Source: Dehalococcoidia bacterium
GTDB lineage: Bacteria > Chloroflexota > Dehalococcoidia > UBA2247 > RBG-13-53-26
Length of the DNA stretch: 39,828 nucleotides
Direction of reading: 5' to 3'
Assembly: GCA_041478585.1 (NCBI GenBank)
Contig: JBGOWL010000001.1
Location: 1-39,828 of the forward strand
Position numbers and translations under genes: made by a program. Positions 27,794 through 36,568 of the stretch are shown one piece after another. The notes under the pieces were generated by a model. That model ran no database searches. It saw only the letters and a program-made list of their open reading frames with translations, and was not told where the DNA came from. Position 1 is the first letter of the stretch. Each line of letters begins with the position of its first letter.

Positions 27794-28434
27794 GAGATTT
27801 TGATCATTCGTGGTCTAGGTATGACGTGTGAGTTCTTTGGAGGTTGATACTTCCGCATCACGTCGAGTCGACCCTGATTTTTCAAGCGCTCATAGATGAG
27901 AGTCCAAGCGCAATTCTTTGCCTTGTCAATTTCGCATTTGCCGTCATTGGTGCCGCCGCATGGGCCATTCAACAGGTGTTTGTGGCACATCGTAACGGGA
28001 CAGATGCCGGCAGTGAAGCCTAGAACACAATGGCCACACTGGGCACAAACCTCATGGAAATTGCCCGGATCCTCCTCGAGGCCAATGAACAGAGTATCCA
28101 ATGCCGGAATGACAGGCTTGTCGATGTACGAAGCTAGCTTGTGTACTCCCAGAGCGCAGCTCATGACCATGATACAATGCGCATTATGAATAGCACCATT
28201 GTTTTCCTTGAGAGATACAGAGGTCATCTCATCGCAGGCAATGGGAATTACGATCCAGCCAGTGACCATCTTGCCCAACACCTGGAGATGCTCCTTCATA
28301 TGCAAGACCTCTTCCCTACCTCCCGTCTTGGTCATAGTGGCACATGTACCACAACCAACCAGGTATATTCTGTCCATGCCGTCCAATTGCCGCTCAATCT
28401 CTTCAAGAGGCTTCTGTCTGGTAATAGATTTCAT
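27790..28434 (-). CDS. metV: MetV (MTHFR-associated Cys-rich zinc/Fe-S subunit, MTHFR_C domain)
   Basis: 214 aa. CAQCGHCVLGFTAGICPVTMCHKHLLNGPCGGTNDGKCEIDKAKNCAWTLIYERL matches the MTHFR C-terminal-like domain, and the gene is translationally coupled to metF. Confidence 0.8.
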   Translation of the reverse strand: MKSITRQKPLEEIERQLDGMDRIYLVGCGTCATMTKTGGREEVLHMKEHLQVLGKMVTGWIVIPIACDEMTSVSLKENNGAIHNAHCIMVMSCALGVHKLASYIDKPVIPALDTLFIGLEEDPGNFHEVCAQCGHCVLGFTAGICPVTMCHKHLLNGPCGGTNDGKCEIDKAKNCAWTLIYERLKNQGRLDVMRKYQPPKNSHVIPRPRMIKIS

Positions 28435-28474
28435 CCTAGCCCTCCAAATTGAACCATATGCCCCTCAATCGTTT

Positions 28475-31400
28475 TCATGTTTCCAAATCACATCTCAGAC
28501 AACGCTGGGCTTCCTGGCGGGCGCTTGCCTCTGAGAAGCTCAGCTCGATTTCCTTGAAGGAGTGTTTTCTTTCCTGAGCCGGGATTGTAGGAATCTCCTG
28601 CCGTGGGTGTGCTTCCCATGTTTCCTGCTCTTCAGGCAGGTTGACTGCAGCAGCAGTTCTCATTTTCAGATCGTATATCTCAACCCGCGAATCGTCGCCC
28701 TTGAGATATTTGTCGATAGAGATAGCCGCTCTTCTTCCAGCGGCGATGGCGTTGATGACCATGCCAGGGCCGGTGACGAAGTCGCCTCCAGCAAAGATGC
28801 CATTGACGTTTGTCGCCAGCGTATTATTGTTGACGGCCAATGTCTCCCAACGAGTACGTTCCAGAGCGCTGTTAGCCGGTAGAAAGGACAGGTCAGGAGC
28901 TTGGCCTACCGCAGCGATGACGGTATCAGCCTCAGCGAAGAATTCAGAGCCGTTAATAGGCATAGGCCGCCGACGTCCACTGCCGTCAGGTTCCCCCAAC
29001 CTCATGCGGATACATTGCAGGCCACCTGTTTTCCAGTTTTCAGTCACTATTCGGGTGGGACTGACCAGGAAGTTCAATTCAATCCCTTCAGCTACGGCTT
29101 CATCGTACTCTGCCTTGGTCACTGGCATCTCGTTCCGGGACCGCCTATAGTAGATTTGCACTTTCTCAGCACCAAGACGAAGAGCTGCCCGAGATGAGTC
29201 CAGTGCAACATTTCCACCACCGATGACTGCTACCCGGCGCCCCACGTTGACCTGCCTGCCGATCTTAATATCTCTCAGGAATCTCAACCCATAGTAAAGG
29301 CCTTCAATATCCTCTAGCTCCCCTGGTATCCCTATGCGCTGGCTTCTCTGAGCGCCGGCAGCAACAAACACGGCAGCAAATCCGTCCTTCTTGAGATCGT
29401 CTACGGTGAAATTCGCATTTATGGGCGAGTCGTATTTTATGTATACGCCGCGTTTGGCTATGTAGTCTATCTCTCTCTGAATCACCTCTTTGGGCAGGCG
29501 AAATTCGGGTATTGCCACTGACAACATACCTCCGCCTACAGGCAGTGCTTCAAAAACGGTCACCGGGTAGCCCATCTGTGCCATGAAGTAGGCGCAGCTC
29601 AACCCAGTGGGGCCAGCCCCGACAACGGCCACTCTTTGATTCTGGGTCTGAGGAAAAGGCTTGGGTTCGGGCAATTCCGCACTGTGCTCGAAATACCAAT
29701 CGGCCGCAAAACGCTTGAGCGCCCTGATGCTTACTGGATCGTCCAGTTCTCCGCGACGACATCGCATCTCACACGGGTGATGACAGATGCGACCGCAGAT
29801 GGCAGGGAAGGGATTTCGCTCCCTAATGGTATCGATGGCCTCTTCATATTCACTAGCAGTGATATGCGCTAGATACTTGGGGACGTTAGTGCCTACCGGG
29901 CAGGTATGCTGGCAAGGCGATATCATCAAAGCATCGCAGGCAGCAGCAGGGCATTTCTTGTCCTTGATATGGGCTTCATACTCATCGCGGAAGTAGTTGA
30001 TGGTGGAAAGCACTGGATTGGGACAGGTCTGGCCCAGGCCGCAGAGAGAGCATTCCTTGACGACCCTGGCTATGGCAAGCAATGTATCGAGATCTTCATC
30101 GCGGCCCTTGCCCTGGGTGATTCTGGTCAGTATCTCCAACATCTGCCTTGTTCCCAGCCGGCAGGGAGTACACTTTCCGCAGGATTCGTCCTGTGTGAAA
30201 CTGAGGAAATAGCGAGCCATTTCTACCATACAGGTCGTATCATCTAGGACCACCATGCCGCCGGAACCCATGATGGAGCCTACCTGGGCCAGCGTGTCGT
30301 ATTCCACAGGGAGGTCAATCAAATTGGCGGGGATACATCCCCCTGAAGGACCACCGGTTTGTACTGCTTTAAGCTGCTTGCCGCGAGGGATTCCACCCCC
30401 GATATCGTAGATTATGGTGGAAAGAGGAGTGCCCATAGGTACTTCAACCAAACCGCTGTTGGCGATCTTACCTGTAAGTGCAAAGACAGCTGTGCCCCTG
30501 CTCTTCTCGGTACCGAGACCAGCAAACGACTCACTGCCCCGGCTGATTATCACTGGAACGGTAGCCAGCGTTTTGACATTGTTGATTATCGTGGGCTTCC
30601 CATCCAAGCCTGACTGTGCTGGGAAGGGGGGCCGTGGACGTGGCATTCCCCGCCGGCTTTCGATGGATGCTATCAGTGCTGTCTCCTCTCCACAAACGAA
30701 GGCTCCGGCGCCCTCCTTAACATGTATGTTGAAATCGAAGCCGGAACCAAGAATATCCTTGCCGAGAAACTTTTTTTCTTGCGCTTGTTGCAGGGCAATT
30801 TGAAAACGTTTGACCGCCAAGGGATACTCGGCGCGGACATATATGTAACCTTCGCTGGCTCCAATGGCATATCCTGCAATGATCATTCCCTCGATAACGG
30901 CGTGGGGATCGGCCTCCAGGATGGATCGATCCATGAAGGCGCCTGGATCGCCTTCATCGGCATTGCAGATGAGGTACTTCTGCTGCGCAATGGCAGTCTG
31001 GCAGAACTCCCACTTACGCCATGTGGGGAAACCAGCGCCACCACGACCTCGGAGGCCGGACTTCTTGATCTCTTCAATTACTGTCTGAGGTGTCATCTCG
31101 AGCAGGGCTTTTTGTAGACCCTTGTAGCCATCTCGGACAATATAGTCATCCACTTTCTCAGGGTTGATGTGCCCACAATTGCGCAGGATGATCCGCTGCT
31201 GTTTGCTATAGAAGCTTATGTCGGAATATAGTGGTATAGCCTGATCTGTCACTGGGTCTCGGTAGAAGAGGCGCTCCACCGGCTTGTTATCGCGAAGATG
31301 AGATGTCGCTATCTCAGGAGCATCCTCAATATCAACGTGGGTATAGAAGATGCCGTCAGGCTCAATGACCACGTTAGGCCCCTGCTCACAGAAGCCATGG

Positions 31401-31537
31401 CAACCAGTGAAATCGACCCTGACATTTTTCAGGGCTAGTTTCCCTACATCTGCTTTGAGGGCTTCATATATGGCTTCAGAACCTGCTGAGGCACATCCTG
31501 TTCCCTGACAGACGAACACAGTGCGGTGCTTTGCCAT
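28475..31537 (-). CDS. NuoF-like (FMN/NADH, Fe-S) fused to a GltD-like NAD(P)H:FAD oxidoreductase
   Basis: 1020 aa. N-terminal thioredoxin-like 2Fe-2S (CQGTGC...GCHGFCEQGP); NuoF core (GLRGRGGAGFPTWRKW, NADEGDPGAF, ESCGKCTPCRLG, CGLGQT); GltD-type Fe-S linker (CQHTCPVGTNVP, ICHHPCEMRC); two Rossmann motifs (VAVVGAGPTGLSCA and VAVIGGGNVALD). Confidence 0.9.
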   Translation of the reverse strand: MAKHRTVFVCQGTGCASAGSEAIYEALKADVGKLALKNVRVDFTGCHGFCEQGPNVVIEPDGIFYTHVDIEDAPEIATSHLRDNKPVERLFYRDPVTDQAIPLYSDISFYSKQQRIILRNCGHINPEKVDDYIVRDGYKGLQKALLEMTPQTVIEEIKKSGLRGRGGAGFPTWRKWEFCQTAIAQQKYLICNADEGDPGAFMDRSILEADPHAVIEGMIIAGYAIGASEGYIYVRAEYPLAVKRFQIALQQAQEKKFLGKDILGSGFDFNIHVKEGAGAFVCGEETALIASIESRRGMPRPRPPFPAQSGLDGKPTIINNVKTLATVPVIISRGSESFAGLGTEKSRGTAVFALTGKIANSGLVEVPMGTPLSTIIYDIGGGIPRGKQLKAVQTGGPSGGCIPANLIDLPVEYDTLAQVGSIMGSGGMVVLDDTTCMVEMARYFLSFTQDESCGKCTPCRLGTRQMLEILTRITQGKGRDEDLDTLLAIARVVKECSLCGLGQTCPNPVLSTINYFRDEYEAHIKDKKCPAAACDALMISPCQHTCPVGTNVPKYLAHITASEYEEAIDTIRERNPFPAICGRICHHPCEMRCRRGELDDPVSIRALKRFAADWYFEHSAELPEPKPFPQTQNQRVAVVGAGPTGLSCAYFMAQMGYPVTVFEALPVGGGMLSVAIPEFRLPKEVIQREIDYIAKRGVYIKYDSPINANFTVDDLKKDGFAAVFVAAGAQRSQRIGIPGELEDIEGLYYGLRFLRDIKIGRQVNVGRRVAVIGGGNVALDSSRAALRLGAEKVQIYYRRSRNEMPVTKAEYDEAVAEGIELNFLVSPTRIVTENWKTGGLQCIRMRLGEPDGSGRRRPMPINGSEFFAEADTVIAAVGQAPDLSFLPANSALERTRWETLAVNNNTLATNVNGIFAGGDFVTGPGMVINAIAAGRRAAISIDKYLKGDDSRVEIYDLKMRTAAAVNLPEEQETWEAHPRQEIPTIPAQERKHSFKEIELSFSEASARQEAQRCLRCDLET

Positions 31538-31543
31538 ATGATC

Positions 31544-32038
31544 TTACCCCCTAGCGTTAGTGCTGTCTCCGAAAATCTGGGACACTTTCTTAGGATTTAG
31601 ATGACCGTAGGTTTGCTTGCCGATAACCATGTTAGGCGCCATTGCACAGACTCCAATGCAGGCAACGGTCTCCAGGGTGTACTCCATGTCGAGGGTGGTT
31701 TGGCCTTCCTCTATGCCAAGGTGCTGTTTCGCCAGTTTCAGAATTGTCTTGCCACCCCGCACGTGGCAGGCTGTACCACGGCATACTCTAACGATCCTCT
31801 TTCCCCTCGGCTCGGTGTAAAGCTGTGAGTAGAAAGTGATGACCCCTTGTATTTGGGAAGGGAACATGTTGAGGGCTCTGGCAATAGGTTCGATAGCTTC
31901 AGGAGGTATGAATCCGGACTCATTCTGGATTTCCTGAAGAATTGGAATCAATGGCCATTTCCGGGCACGGTAGTGCTCTATGATCTGGTCTACGAGTGTC
32001 AGGTCACACTTGGTGTTTTTCTCATTCATGGGAGTCAA
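31544..32038 (-). CDS. NuoE/HndA-like [2Fe-2S] subunit
   Basis: 164 aa. ALIPILQ-type segment (PLIPILQEIQNESGFIP), CRGTAC and CIGVCAMAP cluster ligands. It overlaps the upstream gene by 17 nt, or 8 nt if the start is ATG 32029. Confidence 0.85.
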   Translation of the reverse strand: MTPMNEKNTKCDLTLVDQIIEHYRARKWPLIPILQEIQNESGFIPPEAIEPIARALNMFPSQIQGVITFYSQLYTEPRGKRIVRVCRGTACHVRGGKTILKLAKQHLGIEEGQTTLDMEYTLETVACIGVCAMAPNMVIGKQTYGHLNPKKVSQIFGDSTNARG

Positions 32039-34721
32039 TCCTTTCCAGTCTCACACTACAGGCTTTCAGAGAAGGTGTTTTGGATTGTGGGTCCAGATCA
32101 ATGTCGAACAGGGCATTGACGGGACTCTCTGGGAAAGCGATGGGCATGAAAAGCATTCCTTCTGTTACAGTGTCAGTAATCCTGGCTTTGGCACTGATCT
32201 GGCCAGACGGTGAGACAATCTTGACCCTGTCACCCTCATTGATTTCCAGATGGGATGCATCTATGTTAGAAATGTCCACAGGTGCTTCCGGCAAGAACCT
32301 GTTCAGTCGCGAGGCCCTTGAGGTTCTGGATCCGCTTCCGAATTGATACAGGCTGGTGCCTGTGATGAGGGTGAGAGGATATCCATCCTTTGACAACTCT
32401 CTGTTCGGGACATAGTGAACTGGTGAAAAGCGGCCAAATCCGCTAGGGAACTGACCTTTGTAGAGGCGTCTAGCCCCCGGGGGAGGATTGCCGAACTCAG
32501 CTCGGTAGATTCCTTTCATCTCTGAGTCAGTGTAGCCTGTGCCCTGATAGAAGGGGACAAGCTCTTCGATCTCATCCATGATGTGTTCAAGAGATGAATA
32601 GGGCATTGGATAGCCCATCCTTTTCGCCAACTGAAGGATTATTCCCCAATCAGGTAGGCTCTGGCCGACAGGGTCAATGACCTTATGCAATCTTTGGACC
32701 CTTCCTTCAAAGTTGGTGAAGGTACCCTCTTTCTCAGCGAAACTTGCGGCTGGGAGTACAACAGTGGCCAGCCTGGCTGTTTCAGTAAGGAACATGTCCT
32801 GCACCACGAGGAAATGGAGTGATGCCAGGGCTTCCCTGACCAGGGCTAAATGTGGGAAGCTCGCCGCTGGATTTTCCCCCACAACGTACATTGCTTTGAT
32901 TCTTCCCTCTCTGGCTTGTTCGATCATTTCCAGGGCTGTCAGGCCAGCGCCGGTCGGGTCACATTTGCCCCAAAGATCTGCAAATCTCTTCAAAGTCTGG
33001 GGATCATCCACGAATTGATATCCGGGAAGGAAAGAGGGCAGGACACCCATGTCGCATGCTCCTTGCCCATTGCTATCTCCTTGTAGTGCATAGATGCCGC
33101 CTGAACCGTGCCCGACGTTGCCGGTAAGCATGGCCAGATTTGCCAGTGCCATTACACCGTCTGTTCCAGTGATGTGTTGAGTGACTCCTTTGCCAAAAAC
33201 AATGGAAGCCTGATTTGCTGCGGCAAAGATCTGAGCAGCACTCCGCAGTTCCTGACTTGAAACGCCGGTTATTTCCTCTGCAAGCTCCAGGGTATATGTC
33301 TCTAGACCCTGACGAAATGCCTCGAAGTTGTCTGTCCGTCTGGTCACGAACTCCTCATCGAGAAGGCTTTCAGTGATTATTAACCTTGCCAAGCCATTCA
33401 GGAGAGCTACATCGGTGCTTACTTTCGGCTTCAGCCAGAGATGGGCAAATGCAGTGAGTTTCGTTCTCCGAGGATCCACAAGAAGTAGCTTGGCGCCTCG
33501 ATATCTAACTGCGCGTTTTATGGCATATCCGACCAAGGGGGCCGAAGAGGTAGGATCAGCTCCTACGACCAATATGGCGTCTGATTGTTCCAGATTCTCA
33601 AGAGAGCCGGTCGTTCCGGGCAAGCCAAGGTTCCACCCCAAGCCTTTGCGACTGGCAGCGCTGTACAACCGACTGCTATTGTCGACGTTATTGGTGCCCA
33701 GCACACATCGAGCAAACCTCTGCAGGAGGTAGTTTTCCTCATTGGTGCACTTGGGTGAACCAAGGACAGCCAGGCTTTCAGGGCCGTCAGCTTCCCTGAT
33801 GCGGCCCAGTTCGGTGGCGACAAGATCCCAAGCCTCTTCCCAGGATGATCCCTTGAAGTCGCCATTGACCTTGATCAAAGGCTGGGTCAGTCTTTCGGAG
33901 CTGTGCACAAAATCGTAGCCATAGCTTCCCCTGACACAAAGCGTACCACGGTTAACCGGGCTGTCTTTATCTGGCCTGCAGCGCACTATTGTGTTGTCTT
34001 TGACTTCAAGGGAGATACCACAACCACAGCCACAGAAGGGACAGATGGTTGTTACTGTTCTGTTAGTAGTTCCCGCGTACGGCCTTTCCTTTTCCATTAG
34101 AGCGCCAGTGGGGCAGAATGCCACACAGGTACCACAGAAGGTGCAATCGGACTTCTCCAGGGCACTGTCATTCAGTGTTGCTGGCCTGGAGGTAAATCCG
34201 CGTCGGATGTAGTCAATAACACCCTCAACCACAAGTTCATGGTCAGCCCTGATACACTTGGCGCAGAGGATGCATTTGCTCAGATCTCTTTCAAGAAACG
34301 GATTGACTTCTTTGATGAGAGAAGGTTGAGGGATTTTCTGGAATTCTACCAGGCCGATGCCGCTTTCCGAAGCAATTCGACGCAGTTCACACCGGTTACC
34401 CTTGTCACACACCAGGCAAGAGTCAGGATGACTGGCCAGCATGAGTTTGACTATAATCTTGCGTCTCTCCAGTACCCTTGCGGACTCGGTGTTGATTACC
34501 ATTCCTGAAGCTATAGGCGTGACGCAAGAGGCCATTAGAGCACCAGAGCGTTCATCTTCTACTAGACAAATGCGACATGCACCGAATGGAGCCAAATGAG
34601 AGTCGTTGCAGAGTGTGGGGATATTTACACCAGACTCATCCGCCAGTTCGAGCACGGTCATTCCTGGGTGACCGCTTACTTCGCGTCCGTTAAGCGTAAT
34701 CGTGATTGTTTCCAATAGCAA
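32022..34721 (-). CDS. formate-dehydrogenase-alpha/NuoG-like molybdopterin-fold subunit lacking the FDH catalytic residues
   Basis: 899 aa. N-terminal 2Fe-2S, HPDSCLVCDKGNRC, two ferredoxin-type 4Fe-4S (CILCAKC, CTFCGTCVAFCP), MopB 4Fe-4S (CPFCGCGC), then a colinear FdhF-like body. The Sec/Cys-His site reads RLYSAAS and the Arg333 equivalent is Gln. TTG start (34721 or 34715) after GGAGGGGAG. Confidence 0.85.
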   Translation of the reverse strand: MLLETITITLNGREVSGHPGMTVLELADESGVNIPTLCNDSHLAPFGACRICLVEDERSGALMASCVTPIASGMVINTESARVLERRKIIVKLMLASHPDSCLVCDKGNRCELRRIASESGIGLVEFQKIPQPSLIKEVNPFLERDLSKCILCAKCIRADHELVVEGVIDYIRRGFTSRPATLNDSALEKSDCTFCGTCVAFCPTGALMEKERPYAGTTNRTVTTICPFCGCGCGISLEVKDNTIVRCRPDKDSPVNRGTLCVRGSYGYDFVHSSERLTQPLIKVNGDFKGSSWEEAWDLVATELGRIREADGPESLAVLGSPKCTNEENYLLQRFARCVLGTNNVDNSSRLYSAASRKGLGWNLGLPGTTGSLENLEQSDAILVVGADPTSSAPLVGYAIKRAVRYRGAKLLLVDPRRTKLTAFAHLWLKPKVSTDVALLNGLARLIITESLLDEEFVTRRTDNFEAFRQGLETYTLELAEEITGVSSQELRSAAQIFAAANQASIVFGKGVTQHITGTDGVMALANLAMLTGNVGHGSGGIYALQGDSNGQGACDMGVLPSFLPGYQFVDDPQTLKRFADLWGKCDPTGAGLTALEMIEQAREGRIKAMYVVGENPAASFPHLALVREALASLHFLVVQDMFLTETARLATVVLPAASFAEKEGTFTNFEGRVQRLHKVIDPVGQSLPDWGIILQLAKRMGYPMPYSSLEHIMDEIEELVPFYQGTGYTDSEMKGIYRAEFGNPPPGARRLYKGQFPSGFGRFSPVHYVPNRELSKDGYPLTLITGTSLYQFGSGSRTSRASRLNRFLPEAPVDISNIDASHLEINEGDRVKIVSPSGQISAKARITDTVTEGMLFMPIAFPESPVNALFDIDLDPQSKTPSLKACSVRLERIDSHE

Positions 34722-34848
34722 CTCCCCTCCAGGACTGAGGTGTCAGTGTTGCTCAGAACCCTAGTACTTGCAGAATCTGCGAATCGGACCCCTGGCATGA
34801 AGCCCAAGCGCTGACAGGTCGGCAGACACGATGACCTGTGGATATTCT

Positions 34849-35634
34849 CTACGCGGCGACATTATGGACAAAGCGCTGTCCCTGACTCACAGTTCTGATT
34901 GCATCCAGAAGCTCTGAGCCGGCGCTTCTCTTTGGTACAAAGCCGATTGCTCCCGCCTGAGTACTAGCCAAGACGTTCTCCTCATCGTCATATTGACTCA
35001 GCATCAGAACCTTGGCAGTGTCCCACTGTGAGCGTATGCGTTTGGTGGCCTCCAGGCCATTCATCACCGGCATAACTATGTCCATCAACACTACGTCAGG
35101 AGAAAGGTCGATGGTCTTCTGGAGTGCTTCCTGGCCGTTGACTGCCTCACCTACTACCTGCATGTCCCTCTGGAGAGCCAACAGCGCTCTGATTCCTTCT
35201 CTGATTATGGCGTGGTCATCCACTACCAGCACTTTGATCCTTCTGGTCGATCTATCGAGCAGTTTCTCCACTCGGGATACCAGTGATAGTGGTTCGAGTG
35301 GCTTAACCAGATAGTCGTCAGCCTCAAGATGCAGTCCTTCGTCTTTGCTCCACCCTTTTGTCAGTTGCTTCTCGGGGGATGCATCAATGACGATGATCGG
35401 CAGATCGCCGAATTGTGGCGCCTGTCTGAACCACTGATGCAGCCTGAAGGCCTCTCCTCTTGGCATCAAGGTGCCGAGTATGACAATATCGGGCCTTTCT
35501 GACCAGGCCATTTCCTGCGCTTGAGCTCCAGTGCTCGCAAGAGTCACTTTATGCCTGGATTTCAGAGTCGAGCGCAAACGATCCGCAAAACCGGAGTCAT
35601 CATCGACAATCAAGATCTTCGCTTTGGTGTCCAT
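34849..35634 (-). CDS. dual-receiver response regulator without an output domain (REC1 lacks the phospho-Asp)
   Basis: I place the start at ATG 35634 (GGAGGG RBS 5 nt upstream) rather than the tracked 35754. REC1 is ILIVDDD...PDIVILGTLMP...YLVKP, with Gly where the acceptor Asp is expected. REC2 is VLVVDDH...PDVVLMDIVMP, canonical NarL-type. There is no HTH. Confidence 0.8.
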   Translation of the reverse strand: MDTKAKILIVDDDSGFADRLRSTLKSRHKVTLASTGAQAQEMAWSERPDIVILGTLMPRGEAFRLHQWFRQAPQFGDLPIIVIDASPEKQLTKGWSKDEGLHLEADDYLVKPLEPLSLVSRVEKLLDRSTRRIKVLVVDDHAIIREGIRALLALQRDMQVVGEAVNGQEALQKTIDLSPDVVLMDIVMPVMNGLEATKRIRSQWDTAKVLMLSQYDDEENVLASTQAGAIGFVPKRSAGSELLDAIRTVSQGQRFVHNVAA

Positions 35635-35914
35635 TTTCACCCTCCTTCTACAGGTCTTCCTCTTGAGCCGAACAGCTCGGCGTGAGGTACAGTTCAAGGA
35701 TAGGCGAGTTCTCCTACACCAGAAAGGGGGGTTCAAAGCGGACCGAGACCGCAAAACCCCTTGGATTTCCGCAGATAACCCCTTGGTTTGGTCCTGGCAA
35801 ACCCCCGGTGCCTTCGTCTCCTATGCTCTGTGGAATGGAAGTGGGAATGAATGAGGGATCGCAAATGCCAGGGGTGGGTGTGGGATGTGCAGCGAAACGA
35901 GACGGTGCGTGGGT

Positions 35915-36568
35915 TCAGACCGTTATGATGCCCTTGCGCAGAGCGTATTTGACCAGGTCAACCCGATTGTGTATGTCAAGCTTGTCCATGAGGTTTGTCT
36001 TGTAGCCCTCGACGGTCTTGGGACTGATAACCAGGATCTCTGCGATCTCTTGAGTAGTGTGACCCTCTGCCAGAAGTTTGAGGACCTCCCTTTCACGGCC
36101 TGTTAGCTGATCATAGGGGTCACGTCTTTCCTGCAGGTTTCCGCCGGTCTGGACGTTTTCTACCAGCAACTTGGCTACTGAAGGTGATAGGAAGGAGTCT
36201 CCCCGGTAGATGGAACGGATGCCAACGACGAGCTCGGATGAGGCGGCTGTCTTGCTGATGAAACCATGAGCCCCCGCCTCGATAACCGGGAAAACATACT
36301 CCTTGTCAGCGTACTGGGTGAGAGCCAATACCCTTGTTCCCGGGAACTGCTTTCTTATCCGTCTTGTTGTCTCCATGCCTCCCAGCAAAGGCATGGCAAT
36401 ATCCATGATGACCACATCAGGTGCCAGTTCTTTGACCTTCTCCATAGCTTCCTGACCGTTGGCTGCCTCACCGACTACTTCCATGTCGGCTGCCAAGCTC
36501 AGAAGAGCGCAAATACCGTCTCGTACTATGGTATGGTCATCTACCACCAGTATTCTTATCTTCTTCAT
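35915..36568 (-). CDS. NarL/FixJ-family response regulator (REC + LuxR HTH)
   Basis: ILVVDDH, PDVVIMDIAMP, and a C-terminal LTGREREVLKLLAEGHTTQEIAEILVISPKTVEGYKTNLMDKL. Confidence 0.9.
   Translation of the reverse strand: MKKIRILVVDDHTIVRDGICALLSLAADMEVVGEAANGQEAMEKVKELAPDVVIMDIAMPLLGGMETTRRIRKQFPGTRVLALTQYADKEYVFPVIEAGAHGFISKTAASSELVVGIRSIYRGDSFLSPSVAKLLVENVQTGGNLQERRDPYDQLTGREREVLKLLAEGHTTQEIAEILVISPKTVEGYKTNLMDKLDIHNRVDLVKYALRKGIITV

Noticed and set aside
32022-34721. Looked for an in-frame TGA (selenocysteine) and SECIS in the FDH-like gene.
   Set aside because: The ORF is continuous. The position equivalent to Sec/Cys is a TAC Tyr codon, so no recoding is involved.
34814-34839. Hairpin ACAGGTC-N12-GACCTGT after the dual-REC gene, and a nested hairpin at about 35722-35760 after the NarL gene, considered as terminators.
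   Set aside because: The stems are short (7 bp and 6+4 bp) with large loops and no U-tracts. Too weak to annotate.
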